Shown here piece after piece: positions 19,145-26,742 of a stretch of DNA of 34,578 nucleotides; positions within the stretch are counted from its first letter, which is position 1, and each line of letters opens with the position of its first letter. The stretch comes from Candidatus Omnitrophota bacterium (GTDB lineage Bacteria > Omnitrophota > Gorgyraeia > JABMRN01). The notes under the pieces were generated by a model, which was not told where the DNA came from, made no database searches, and was given only the letters and a program-made list of their open reading frames with translations. The translations under genes and the position numbers were made by a program. The stretch is from assembly GCA_028715425.1 (NCBI GenBank), contig JAQURW010000001.1:1-34578 (forward strand), written 5' to 3'.

Positions 19145-20910
19145 CGGCATTACTCGGTGATGAAATCGTCGATCGCATCCTTGATGCGACCGATATAGTC
19201 GAAGTGGTCGCATCAAGGATTCCGCTTAAGAAGGCCGGACGGAATTATAAGGCAAACTGCCCTTTTCATCAGGAAAAGACGCCGTCATTTATCGTCAGCC
19301 ACGATAAACAGATCTTCCACTGTTTCGGCTGCGGACAGGGCGGGAACGTCATCGGATTTTTAATGAAGTTCGAACGTCTGACGTTCCGCGAGACGATGAA
19401 ATTATTATCCGAAAAAACCGGCATTAAACTCCCGCAGGGTTATTCCGGGGATGACAGTGAAAAGAATGAGCTTTATGAGGCCTTCTTCGGGATTAACGAC
19501 CGGGCCAGAAAATTTTATCACCAGCATCTTTTAACCGCGAACGGCGGCGTTGCCTACCGGTACCTGAAAAGCCGCGGGATCACGGACGATTCGATCAAAT
19601 TTTTTTCGCTCGGTTATTCGCCGAATGCCTGGGACGGCCTGTCGTCGTTTTTCGTGCGGGAAAAGGAGACCCTGGCGCTGGTTGAAAAAGCAGGCCTCAT
19701 TCTGGCGCGGGAAAATAAGAACGGGTATTACGACCGTTTTCGTAACCGTGCCATGTTCCCGATAGCCGATATGCGTGACCGGGTTATAGGTTTCGGCGCG
19801 CGGGCCCTCGATAACGCGGAGCCGAAGTATATTAATTCTCCGGAGACCCCGATCTACAACAAAGGCCGCAATCTTTACGGGTTGAACCAGACGAAGGGGT
19901 TCATCAAGGAGAAAGGGTATGCGGTCATTGTCGAGGGATACCTTGATCTTATTGTGCCGTTTCAATTCGGGGTCAAGAATATCGCGGCAACGCTCGGGAC
20001 AGCGCTTACCGGCGATCAGATAAAGCTCCTGAAACGTTTTACCCAGACTGTCGTGATACTTTTTGACCCTGATGCCGCCGGCGAAGATGCTTCGCTCCGA
20101 GGGCTCGATATATTGATCGCGCATGATATGAACGTACGTATCGCGACGCTGCCCAAAGGCAACGACCCGGACAGCTTTGTGCGGCAGAACGGTACCGAGG
20201 CCTTCGAGAACGTGATACGCTCGTCCAAAGATCTCTTTGACTATAAGATGGGGCTTCTGACGGCAAAATTCAATAAGAACGGTGTCCGGGGCAGGGCGGC
20301 CATTGCGACACTCATGCTGCCGACCATTGCCCGTATCCCGAACGAGATACTGAAAGCGGGTTTTGTCCGGAAGCTGTCGGAGGTGCTGTCCATTGACGAA
20401 ACGGCGCTTAAGGCAGAGCTCGCAAAAGTAAAGACCGACTATTCCTATGCCGTATCATTGGTGGAAACGCGCATACCGCCCCAGCACAAGGTTCGCTCGG
20501 CCGAACTCCTGCTCCTGGCATTTATGCTCGACGATTTTAACGCGGTTTCATCGGTGAACACGCAACTCGGTTTCGGCGAATTCCGCGATGGCGCCGTCAA
20601 AAAGATTATCGGTATTATACAAGCCCATGTAAAAGACGGGAAAGAGGTCGTTCCCAGTAAGCTTATTGCTTCCTGTAACGATGACGAATCGAAAAATGTT
20701 ATTGCACAGGCCGTGGGCGTCCTTGAAACCGTCAGCGACCGGGACAGGGTCATGCACGATTGCATGCAAAGTATCCGGCGCGAGAACCTTAACGAAGACC
20801 TCCGGATATTACGCACCGAGATACGTCAGGCAGAGGAGGCTCATGATAACGAGCGGATATCGGTATTAATGACGAAGTACAACGAACTATTAAAAGTACC
20901 CAGAGGATAA
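19141..20910 (+). CDS. dnaG: DNA primase
   Basis: Zinc finger CPFHQEKTPSFIVSHDKQIFHCFGCGQGGN and Toprim VIVEGYLDLI...DPDAAG. ATG at 19141 follows GGAGGA and overlaps the upstream stop (ATGA). The tracked start at 19111 is less likely. Confidence 0.93.
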   Translation: MTALLGDEIVDRILDATDIVEVVASRIPLKKAGRNYKANCPFHQEKTPSFIVSHDKQIFHCFGCGQGGNVIGFLMKFERLTFRETMKLLSEKTGIKLPQGYSGDDSEKNELYEAFFGINDRARKFYHQHLLTANGGVAYRYLKSRGITDDSIKFFSLGYSPNAWDGLSSFFVREKETLALVEKAGLILARENKNGYYDRFRNRAMFPIADMRDRVIGFGARALDNAEPKYINSPETPIYNKGRNLYGLNQTKGFIKEKGYAVIVEGYLDLIVPFQFGVKNIAATLGTALTGDQIKLLKRFTQTVVILFDPDAAGEDASLRGLDILIAHDMNVRIATLPKGNDPDSFVRQNGTEAFENVIRSSKDLFDYKMGLLTAKFNKNGVRGRAAIATLMLPTIARIPNEILKAGFVRKLSEVLSIDETALKAELAKVKTDYSYAVSLVETRIPPQHKVRSAELLLLAFMLDDFNAVSSVNTQLGFGEFRDGAVKKIIGIIQAHVKDGKEVVPSKLIASCNDDESKNVIAQAVGVLETVSDRDRVMHDCMQSIRRENLNEDLRILRTEIRQAEEAHDNERISVLMTKYNELLKVPRG

Positions 20911-20913
20911 TTT

Positions 20914-22509
20914 ATGGCCAAAGATAAAATGACAAAGAGGCGCGGCGCCAAAGATGAAAAGACAAAGAAGGACGATCAGAAAATAGACGGTATGGACCGC
21001 CTGATCGCCATCGGTAAGATAAAGGGGCAGCTTACCTTCGATGAGATCAATGAGATTCTGCCCAAGAACGTTGTTTCTTCCGATGACATCGATGAGGTTA
21101 TCTCGACACTCGATGAGGAAAAGATTCGTCTGGTGGATGCGCCCGAAGAGCCCGACGATATGGAGTCCCGCATCAGCGAGCACCGCCGTATGACCCAGCC
21201 CCACGGCGTTGAGGACGAGCCCCGTTATACCCAGACCGATGACCCGGTAAAGATGTATTTGAGGCAGATGGGCCAGATACCGCTTTTGACGCGCGAGCAG
21301 GAGATCACGCTGGCGGAAAGGATCAAGACGGCAGAGGAAAAATTCCGCCACATGGTGCTATCGGCGCGGGATGTCAAAGGGTATGTCATCGAGCTTTTTG
21401 ACGAGGCAAACGAAAAAAATATAAGCCTCGAAGAGCTGCTGAACATCGACCTTTCAGCAAAGTACGTGGCGGTAAAGCGGAAGACGACCCAGCTTCTCCT
21501 GAAACTCAAGAAAACCACCGGCAAGGCGAAGATCACACGGATCCTCCTCAAGATCAACCTGGCGACCAGTGTTGTTGAGGACCTTTCCAACCGCCTCAAG
21601 GATATCTATGGCGATGTCGAAAAGCTCGAAAAGCCGCTTTCCTCGCGTAACGTGAGCGCCGCCAGGAAAAATGCCCTGCTGAAAAGGAAAAAGGCGATCG
21701 AACAATTATTCGGTGAAAAGTTTGACTATGTGCTCGCATGGTTCAACGAGATGAAGTCTTCGGAATCGAGATTTTTGAAGGCCAAGAAAGAGCTGGTGGC
21801 TGCCAACCTGCGCCTTGTCGTGAGTATCGCCAAAAAATATACCAACCGTGGACTGTCGTTCCTTGACCTGATCCAGGAAGGTAATATAGGCCTTATGAAG
21901 GCGGTCGATAAGTTTGAATATAAACGCGGGTATAAATTCTCGACCTATGCAACCTGGTGGATCAGGCAGGCGATAACCCGCTCGATCGCCGATCAATCGA
22001 GGACCATCCGTATCCCGGTCCATATGACGGAAACGATCAACAAGCTTATACGCGTTTCGCGTGTCCTGGTGCAGGAGACCGGCCGTGAGCCGACGCCCGA
22101 AGAGATTGCCCAATCCATGCATATACCCGTTTCCAAGGTTCGCGGGATATTGAAAATAGCCCAGGAACCGATCTCGCTTCAAACGCCGGTAGGCGATGAA
22201 GGCGATACCAATTTTGGTGATTTTATCGAGGATAAGCGCGCTATTTCACCGGCTAATGCCACGGCGTATTCGATGTTGAAGGAGCAGATGGATGATGTCT
22301 TATCGACCCTGACCGAGCGTGAAAAGAAGGTTTTACGGCTCCGCTTCGGCATAGGTGACGGTTATCCGCGCACCCTTGAAGAGGTGGGTGCGGTTTTCAA
22401 GGTCACGCGCGAGCGCGTACGGCAGATCGAAGCCAAGGCGCTCAAGAAACTTCGCCACCCGATACGCGCAAAAAAGCTCAAAGGTTTTTTGAGCATGGGG
22501 TTGGGATAG
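20914..22509 (+). CDS. rpoD: RNA polymerase primary sigma factor (sigma-70)
   Basis: Region 1.2 [11 protein letters not shown], region 2 [38 protein letters not shown], region 4.2 [28 protein letters not shown]. Confidence 0.95.
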   Translation: MAKDKMTKRRGAKDEKTKKDDQKIDGMDRLIAIGKIKGQLTFDEINEILPKNVVSSDDIDEVISTLDEEKIRLVDAPEEPDDMESRISEHRRMTQPHGVEDEPRYTQTDDPVKMYLRQMGQIPLLTREQEITLAERIKTAEEKFRHMVLSARDVKGYVIELFDEANEKNISLEELLNIDLSAKYVAVKRKTTQLLLKLKKTTGKAKITRILLKINLATSVVEDLSNRLKDIYGDVEKLEKPLSSRNVSAARKNALLKRKKAIEQLFGEKFDYVLAWFNEMKSSESRFLKAKKELVAANLRLVVSIAKKYTNRGLSFLDLIQEGNIGLMKAVDKFEYKRGYKFSTYATWWIRQAITRSIADQSRTIRIPVHMTETINKLIRVSRVLVQETGREPTPEEIAQSMHIPVSKVRGILKIAQEPISLQTPVGDEGDTNFGDFIEDKRAISPANATAYSMLKEQMDDVLSTLTEREKKVLRLRFGIGDGYPRTLEEVGAVFKVTRERVRQIEAKALKKLRHPIRAKKLKGFLSMGLG

Positions 22510-22528
22510 CCTATTACAATTCTTTTCT

Positions 22529-23143
22529 ATGGTTGAGGAAAACGTAAATCAGGATATTGCCTGCGGTATAGTGCTTCTCCTGCCCACAACAATGACAGAG
22601 CGCGCTATCGAGGCCAATCGGGTTCTTTCAACTCAAAATGCCAATCCCCTTACGCTTAATGCTACGGACCGTATTCCGCATATTACCCTTGGCGTGGGAT
22701 GCCTCAATATGCTGGATATGCCGCAGATCGACGGTACTTTGTCCCATATTTCAAAGCAGTTTGCTGCCATGCATCTTGCGACGGTCCCCAATACGACGCC
22801 GCACGCATGGTTTATGATCAAAAAGATCAAGCGGCTCCAGTTCCTTCATGAAGCCGTTATGACAGGGCTTTTACCGTATTTCAGTTATAACGTGACCGGC
22901 GATATGATCTATCGCGATCAGGGAGAAGAGATCTATGACGGCACGCTGGAATTTATCAGGACCTATCCCATGGCGTCGAGTTTCGAGGACTATGCACCGC
23001 ATATCACTGTCGGTTCGGGCGACGCGGTTGTGCCGCAGGAGACCGTCGAATTTACGGTAACGAAGGTCGGGCTCGGGCGTCTGGGATGCCACGGCACTCT
23101 ACGGACGATCATCAGAACCTATGACCTGGCGAGGGGCGAATGA
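22529..23143 (+). CDS. 2H phosphoesterase superfamily protein (LigT-like)
   Basis: Two H-x-T-x motifs at the expected spacing: RIPHITLGVG and YAPHITVGSG; 204 aa. Confidence 0.55.
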   Translation: MVEENVNQDIACGIVLLLPTTMTERAIEANRVLSTQNANPLTLNATDRIPHITLGVGCLNMLDMPQIDGTLSHISKQFAAMHLATVPNTTPHAWFMIKKIKRLQFLHEAVMTGLLPYFSYNVTGDMIYRDQGEEIYDGTLEFIRTYPMASSFEDYAPHITVGSGDAVVPQETVEFTVTKVGLGRLGCHGTLRTIIRTYDLARGE

Positions 23144-24321
23144 AGAACGAACGAGACCATGCGTCGATCATCCTTAAAAAAGGCAAAGAAAAGCCGGTCA
23201 TAAATCATCACCATTGGATCTTTTCCGGCGCGATCATGGCGATGCCCCGTTGCGGGGCCGGGGACATTGTCCCGGTTAAAAGTTTTAGCGGGGATCTGTT
23301 GGGGCATGCCTATATTAATCCCGCGACATCGATCACGGCGCGCATGATCAATTTCGATGATGCATCGCCCTTAGATTCGATACGGAGGGCTATTCAGGCC
23401 GCACTCAAGCTTCGAAAGGCGCTTTTTAACGAGCGGACTACCGGGTACCGCCTGATCAATGCCGAAGGTGACGGCCTTCCCGGCCTTATAGCGGATTGGT
23501 ATAACGGGCTTATCGTGCTGCAGGTCTCGACACTGGGCATGGAACGGCTTAAACGAGTTATCGTCGAGATACTGTGCAAAGAGTTGAATCCTATCGGCAT
23601 ATATGAAAAATCCGTAATGCCCGGCCGGGCAGAGGAAGGATTGTCCGACTCAACGGGTGTCCTTTACGGCACGCTGAATGAGCCTGTCGAGATACTGGAG
23701 AGCGGGATACGTTTTTTGGTCAGGGTTACTGACAGTCAGAAAACGGGATTTTATTTCGATCAGCGACAGATGCGCGAACTGGTGAAGGACTATGCAGGCA
23801 GGCGCAGGGTATTGAATTGTTTTTCATATACCGGGGCGTTCACCGTATGCGCGCTTAAAGGCGGCGCCATGACCGTCGATTCGGTCGATACCTCCGCGGA
23901 AGCTCTCCAACAGGCAAAAGAGAATGTCACGCTCAATAGTTGCGATACGGGCCTCAGCAGGTATTTTGAGGCCGACGTTTTCGAGTTTTTGCGGGTCACG
24001 CATGACGCATACGATTTTATTATCCTCGACCCGCCGGCCTTTGCCAAAAAAGCGTCAGACGTCGTGAAGGCATGCCGCGGCTATAAAGACATCAACCGGA
24101 GCGCGATTAAGCGTGTCCAGCCGGGAGGCATTATTCTTACCTGTTCATGTTCATACCATATCGATGCGACGCTTTTTCAGCAGGTCGTGTTCCAGGCCTC
24201 GCGTGAAGCCGAACGCAATGTCAGGATACTCCAGCGGCATCATCTGGCTCCGGACCATCCGGTTAATATCTACCATCCCGAAGGCGAATATCTGAAGAGT
24301 TTGGTTTTATACGTAGAATAA
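23140..24321 (+). CDS. rlmI: Class I SAM-dependent rRNA methyltransferase with N-terminal PUA-like domain (RlmI-like, 23S m5C)
   Basis: LKKGKEKPVINHHHWIFSGAI (PUA-like), GYRLINAEGDGLPGLIADWY, VLNCFSYTGAF, IILDPPAF, YKDIN; 393 aa. ATGA overlap with the upstream gene. Confidence 0.72.
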   Translation: MKNERDHASIILKKGKEKPVINHHHWIFSGAIMAMPRCGAGDIVPVKSFSGDLLGHAYINPATSITARMINFDDASPLDSIRRAIQAALKLRKALFNERTTGYRLINAEGDGLPGLIADWYNGLIVLQVSTLGMERLKRVIVEILCKELNPIGIYEKSVMPGRAEEGLSDSTGVLYGTLNEPVEILESGIRFLVRVTDSQKTGFYFDQRQMRELVKDYAGRRRVLNCFSYTGAFTVCALKGGAMTVDSVDTSAEALQQAKENVTLNSCDTGLSRYFEADVFEFLRVTHDAYDFIILDPPAFAKKASDVVKACRGYKDINRSAIKRVQPGGIILTCSCSYHIDATLFQQVVFQASREAERNVRILQRHHLAPDHPVNIYHPEGEYLKSLVLYVE

Positions 24322-24352
24322 ATTAAAAAGCATGATGGGTCATATCGAAGGG

Positions 24353-24380
24353 TTGACTTTTGTAGAATTTATGGTATAAA
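24353..24380 (+). promoter_or_regulatory. Sigma-70-type promoter for the small Cys-rich peptide gene
   Basis: TTGACT at 24353..24358, 16-nt spacer, extended -10 TGg+TATAAA at 24372..24380. SD AAAGGGGG lies about 6 nt before the ATG at 24413. Confidence 0.55.
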
Positions 24381-24412
24381 TTATAATAACGTTTTTAAAA
24401 AGGGGGTATTGT

Positions 24413-24661
24413 ATGAGAAAGGTCTTGGCAGTAGTTGTCGTATCAATGTTCGTTATCGGTATCATGCCGGCATTTGCCAATTGCGGAAAATGCTCTGGGA
24501 AAAGTTTTTTCCAGGGTTGCGCTGACAGCGTAAACTGCATCGGAAAAGGCGGGGCATGCCAAAGTTCCGCAACAGCAAAAATTGAAAAAGCGCAGGTAAA
24601 GGAACGCGGTACAGCGCTTACGCCGAAAAACAAGAAGACTGAAGCTGCGCCTGTTAAATAG
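24413..24661 (+). CDS. Small secreted cysteine-rich, lysine-rich protein (82 aa), function unknown
   Basis: Signal peptide MRKVLAVVVVSMFVIGIMPAFA with AFA-N cleavage context. The mature part has 5 Cys (NCGKCSGK..GCADSVNCIGKGGAC) and a Lys-rich tail. It has its own promoter, SD and terminator. Confidence 0.6.
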   Translation: MRKVLAVVVVSMFVIGIMPAFANCGKCSGKSFFQGCADSVNCIGKGGACQSSATAKIEKAQVKERGTALTPKNKKTEAAPVK

Positions 24662-24686
24662 ACTCGACGAATAGTCCGGCGACATA

Positions 24687-24720
24687 AGGGGCGGTCCGAA
24701 TTCGGACCGCCCTGTTTTTT
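24687..24720 (+). terminator. Rho-independent terminator (possibly bidirectional)
   Basis: Perfect palindrome AGGGGCGGTCCGAATTCGGACCGCCCT (24687..24713) followed by GTTTTTT. It lies between the convergent peptide gene and the HTH gene. Confidence 0.85.
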
Positions 24721-24742
24721 GCCGGTGACCGCTCGAAACCGG

Positions 24743-24943
24743 TTAACGCGGGAAAAGATCGTATTTGAAGACCCGGTGTCTCGAGCGTTCTATCCATTGC
24801 TCGATATCATCCAGGTTAAAAAATGGCGTGCTGTTGACCTTTTGATGCGGGATGGTATTTTTCCGGACCCAGTCATAAATGACCGATGGGTTTATATTCA
24901 GATAATCCGCCAGCCGCGATGCATCGATTATTCTAGTATTCAT
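24743..24943 (-). CDS. Excisionase/MerR-superfamily helix-turn-helix DNA-binding protein (HTH_17-like), 66 aa
   Basis: MNTRIIDASRLADYLNINPSVIYDWVRKNTIPHQKV.....F.LDDIEQWIE fits the Xis/AlpA-type pattern. The ATG at 24943 is preceded by GAAAGGAGA. The tracked start at 25027 adds a non-homologous 28-aa extension. Confidence 0.65.
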   Translation of the reverse strand: MNTRIIDASRLADYLNINPSVIYDWVRKNTIPHQKVNSTPFFNLDDIEQWIERSRHRVFKYDLFPR

Positions 24944-24972
24944 GGTTTCTCCTTTCAAAAAAATACATATAG

Positions 24973-25001
24973 AATATACCTGATCAGGACTAAAAAAGCA
25001 A
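24973..25001 (-). promoter_or_regulatory. Candidate promoter of the HTH gene with a 10-bp palindrome in the spacer
   Basis: On the minus strand: TTGCTT, 17-nt spacer, TATATT. The spacer contains the perfect palindrome CCTGATCAGG (24979..24988) abutting the -10. Confidence 0.45.
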
Positions 25002-25021
25002 ATCGGAGGCCTGTTTTTGTT

Positions 25022-25049
25022 TTGCAAATGGGGTAGGGTATGCTATAAT
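25022..25049 (+). promoter_or_regulatory. Sigma-70-type promoter for the tRNA-Met/tRNA-Val unit
   Basis: TTGCAA at 25022..25027, 16-nt spacer, extended -10 TGc+TATAAT at 25041..25049, about 44 nt upstream of tRNA-Met. Confidence 0.6.
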
Positions 25050-25092
25050 TCTCTGTACTTGTGTCGCGGAGCCGACTCCTTCGCGGACATCC

Positions 25093-25169
25093 GGGGCCAT
25101 AGCTCAATCGGTTAGAGCATCTGACTCATAATCAGAGGGTTCATGGTTCAAGTCCATGTGGCCCCACCA
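25093..25169 (+). tRNA. tRNA with CAT anticodon (elongator Met, or Ile2 if lysidine-modified), CCA encoded
   Basis: Acceptor GGGGCCA/TGGCCCC, D stem GCTC/GAGC, anticodon stem TCTGA/TCAGA with loop CTCATAA, T stem CATGG/CCATG with loop TTCAAGT. It is not an initiator: position 1:72 is paired and the anticodon stem lacks the triple G-C run. Confidence 0.9.
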
Positions 25170-25247
25170 GTTCCGATTTCAATGCGCGAACATATTCTGA
25201 TTTTTTATGAAAATCAGAATATGTGAGCCATTGATTGAAATCGGAAC
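25170..25247 (+). repeat. Composite hairpin 1 in the tRNA spacer (outer 15-bp stem with a 4-nt bulge, internal loop, inner 15-bp stem)
   Basis: GTTCCGATTTCAATG cgcga ACATATTCTGATTTT ttatg AAAATCAGAATATGT gagc CATTGA(TTGA)AATCGGAAC. It starts at the first base after the tRNA-Met CCA. Confidence 0.8.
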
Positions 25248-25284
25248 CATGTTTAGCTTTCGGAGCATAAAGCATAAGTTTTTA

Positions 25285-25344
25285 TCCCGCAATCAAAGCA
25301 TGGTTCGATTTTACTTTGTAAAATCTCACGCATTGATTGCGGGA
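25285..25344 (+). repeat. Composite hairpin 2 in the tRNA spacer (outer 12-bp stem, internal loop, inner 8-bp stem)
   Basis: TCCCGCAATCAA agcatggttc GATTTTAC ttt GTAAAATC tcacgca TTGATTGCGGGA. It shares the CATTGATTG 3'-arm word and the GATTTT/AAAATC inner-stem core with hairpin 1. Confidence 0.8.
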
Positions 25345-25373
25345 CGGCAAAAAGTGCTTTGCATTTTTTGCTC

Positions 25374-25450
25374 GGGCACATGGCTCAGTTGGTTAGAGCG
25401 CTGCCCTCACATGGCAGAGGTCGAAGGTTCGAATCCTTCTGTGCCCACCA
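25374..25450 (+). tRNA. tRNA-Val (anticodon CAC), CCA encoded
   Basis: Acceptor GGGCACA/TGTGCCC, D stem GCTC/GAGC, anticodon stem CTGCC/GGCAG with loop CTCACAT, T stem GAAGG/CCTTC with loop TTCGAAT. Confidence 0.92.
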
Positions 25451-25584
25451 TTCTACGTCGCTCGAATATTAGGCCTGCTACACCGGTCATCGGTTCGAGC
25501 TTCGTACGAAGCGCCTCCCACAGATTGGTTTCTGTGGCGCGAAATAGGATGATACAACCGCGGTGATAAGGAGATTACTATACT

Positions 25585-26304
25585 ATGTCCACGATCAACT
25601 ACACCGATGAGATCAAGAAACTCGTTGAGCTCCAGACCATTGACAAGGAAATTTTTACTATCAACCGTGACCTTGATATGGTACCCGAGGAGACAGCGGC
25701 GCTGGATGCCGCAATCAAGGAAAAAGAGAATTTATACAAGGCGGAAGAGGAAAGACTGAAGAAGTTCCAGCTTAAGCGCAAGGAAAAAGAGATGGAACTC
25801 GGCTCTAAAGAAGAAGCTATCAAGAAGCAGCAAAATCAGCTTTTTCAGCTCAAGACCAATCAGGAATATTCTGCGCTTCAGAAAGAAATCGACTCCCAAA
25901 AGGCCGATAAATCGGTTCTCGAAGAGGAAATATTGCTTCTTTTTGACGATATCGAGAAGGCCGAAAAAGCCCTGAATGCCCAAAAAACGCTTTTTCAACA
26001 GGAAAAAAACAAGATCGAGGCTCAAAAAAAAGCGATCCAGGAAAAGAAGATTGTCCTGGAACAGGAGGTCAAAAAATATGAGGGCCAACGCCTTGAATTT
26101 ATCAAGGGCGTTAATAACGATGTGCTTACAAAGTATGAGCGTATCCTTCACGCAAAGGACGGATCGGCTATCGTGCCGGTCATGGGCGATGCCTGCGGCG
26201 GCTGCAACATGAACCTTCCTCCGCAGGTTGTCAATGAGGCCCGGCTTAAGGTATCGCTCGTTATATGCGGCAACTGTTCGAGGATATTATACAGCAATGA
26301 GTAA
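25585..26304 (+). CDS. Coiled-coil protein with C-terminal C4 zinc ribbon (COG1579/DUF164-type)
   Basis: A long heptad-rich Lys/Glu coiled coil is followed by CGGCNMNLPPQ......CGNCSRILY. SD AAGGAG lies 10 nt upstream. Confidence 0.7.
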   Translation: MSTINYTDEIKKLVELQTIDKEIFTINRDLDMVPEETAALDAAIKEKENLYKAEEERLKKFQLKRKEKEMELGSKEEAIKKQQNQLFQLKTNQEYSALQKEIDSQKADKSVLEEEILLLFDDIEKAEKALNAQKTLFQQEKNKIEAQKKAIQEKKIVLEQEVKKYEGQRLEFIKGVNNDVLTKYERILHAKDGSAIVPVMGDACGGCNMNLPPQVVNEARLKVSLVICGNCSRILYSNE

Positions 26305-26719
26305 AAGCCTGAAACGGGTGACGGTTTATGCCGACGGCGGCGCGCGGGGAAATCCCGGGCCTGCGGGGATCGGCGTTGTCATACTTGATGACAAGGGCAA
26401 AAAGCTCAGGGAACTTTCAAAGTCGATAGGGACGGCAACCAACAATGTCGCCGAATATACCGCAGTCATTTACGGCCTTCAGGAGGCGCTTTTTTTGCGT
26501 GCCGATGAGGTTGATGTCTATCTCGACAGCGAATTGGTGGCCGAACAGCTTGGCGGTACCTACCGCGTAAAGAACGAAGGATTGAGGCCGCTTTTTGAGC
26601 AGGCCGTGCATCTCATGCAGGGGTTCAAAAAAGTTAACGTCAAAAATATACCGCGCGATAAAAATACGGATGCCGATAGGCTGGTAAACAGGGCAATCAA
26701 TCTTTCAGGTCTTTTTTAA
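26297..26719 (+). CDS. rnhA: Ribonuclease HI family protein
   Basis: VTVYADGGARGNPGPAGIGVVI...NNVAEY.A.I.GL......V....DSELV..Q......V.N..L......D..AD.L.N. The ATG at 26297 overlaps the upstream gene by 8 nt. The tracked start at 26228 is rejected. Confidence 0.8.
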   Translation: MSKSLKRVTVYADGGARGNPGPAGIGVVILDDKGKKLRELSKSIGTATNNVAEYTAVIYGLQEALFLRADEVDVYLDSELVAEQLGGTYRVKNEGLRPLFEQAVHLMQGFKKVNVKNIPRDKNTDADRLVNRAINLSGLF

Positions 26720-26742
26720 TCACTATTTTCGGATCTTAATAA

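Noticed and set aside
24322-25450. Possible tRNA-associated integrated element (Xis-like HTH plus orphan peptide next to tRNA-Met).
   Set aside because: There is no integrase, recombinase or phage/ICE gene. The Xis-like gene lies 5' of the tRNA rather than 3'. I found no direct repeat of the tRNA 3' end; the only match is the 8-nt word CATGGTTC at 25299..25306, which is too short to be meaningful. It is kept as a finding only at the level of 'possible remnant'.
25499-25512. A perfect 14-bp palindrome, GCTTCGTACGAAGC, followed by a CCACAGA...TCTGTGG hairpin (25518..25537), in the tRNA-Val trailer upstream of the COG1579 gene.
   Set aside because: Both are short and single-copy in the window, have no U-tract and have no obvious partner motif. 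They could be a processing site or an operator, but the evidence is too thin to score.
25207-25566. A 119-aa + strand ORF in the tRNA region.
   Set aside because: It runs through hairpin 1, hairpin 2 and the whole tRNA-Val gene, so it is an artefact of an AT-rich, stop-poor frame.
26228-26296. Longer starts listed in the track for rnhA (26228), dnaG (19111), ftsL (28811) and murF (32299).
   Set aside because: Each longer start creates large overlaps with the upstream gene and adds non-homologous N-terminal residues. The shorter starts give family-typical N-termini and ATGA-type or SD-supported junctions.
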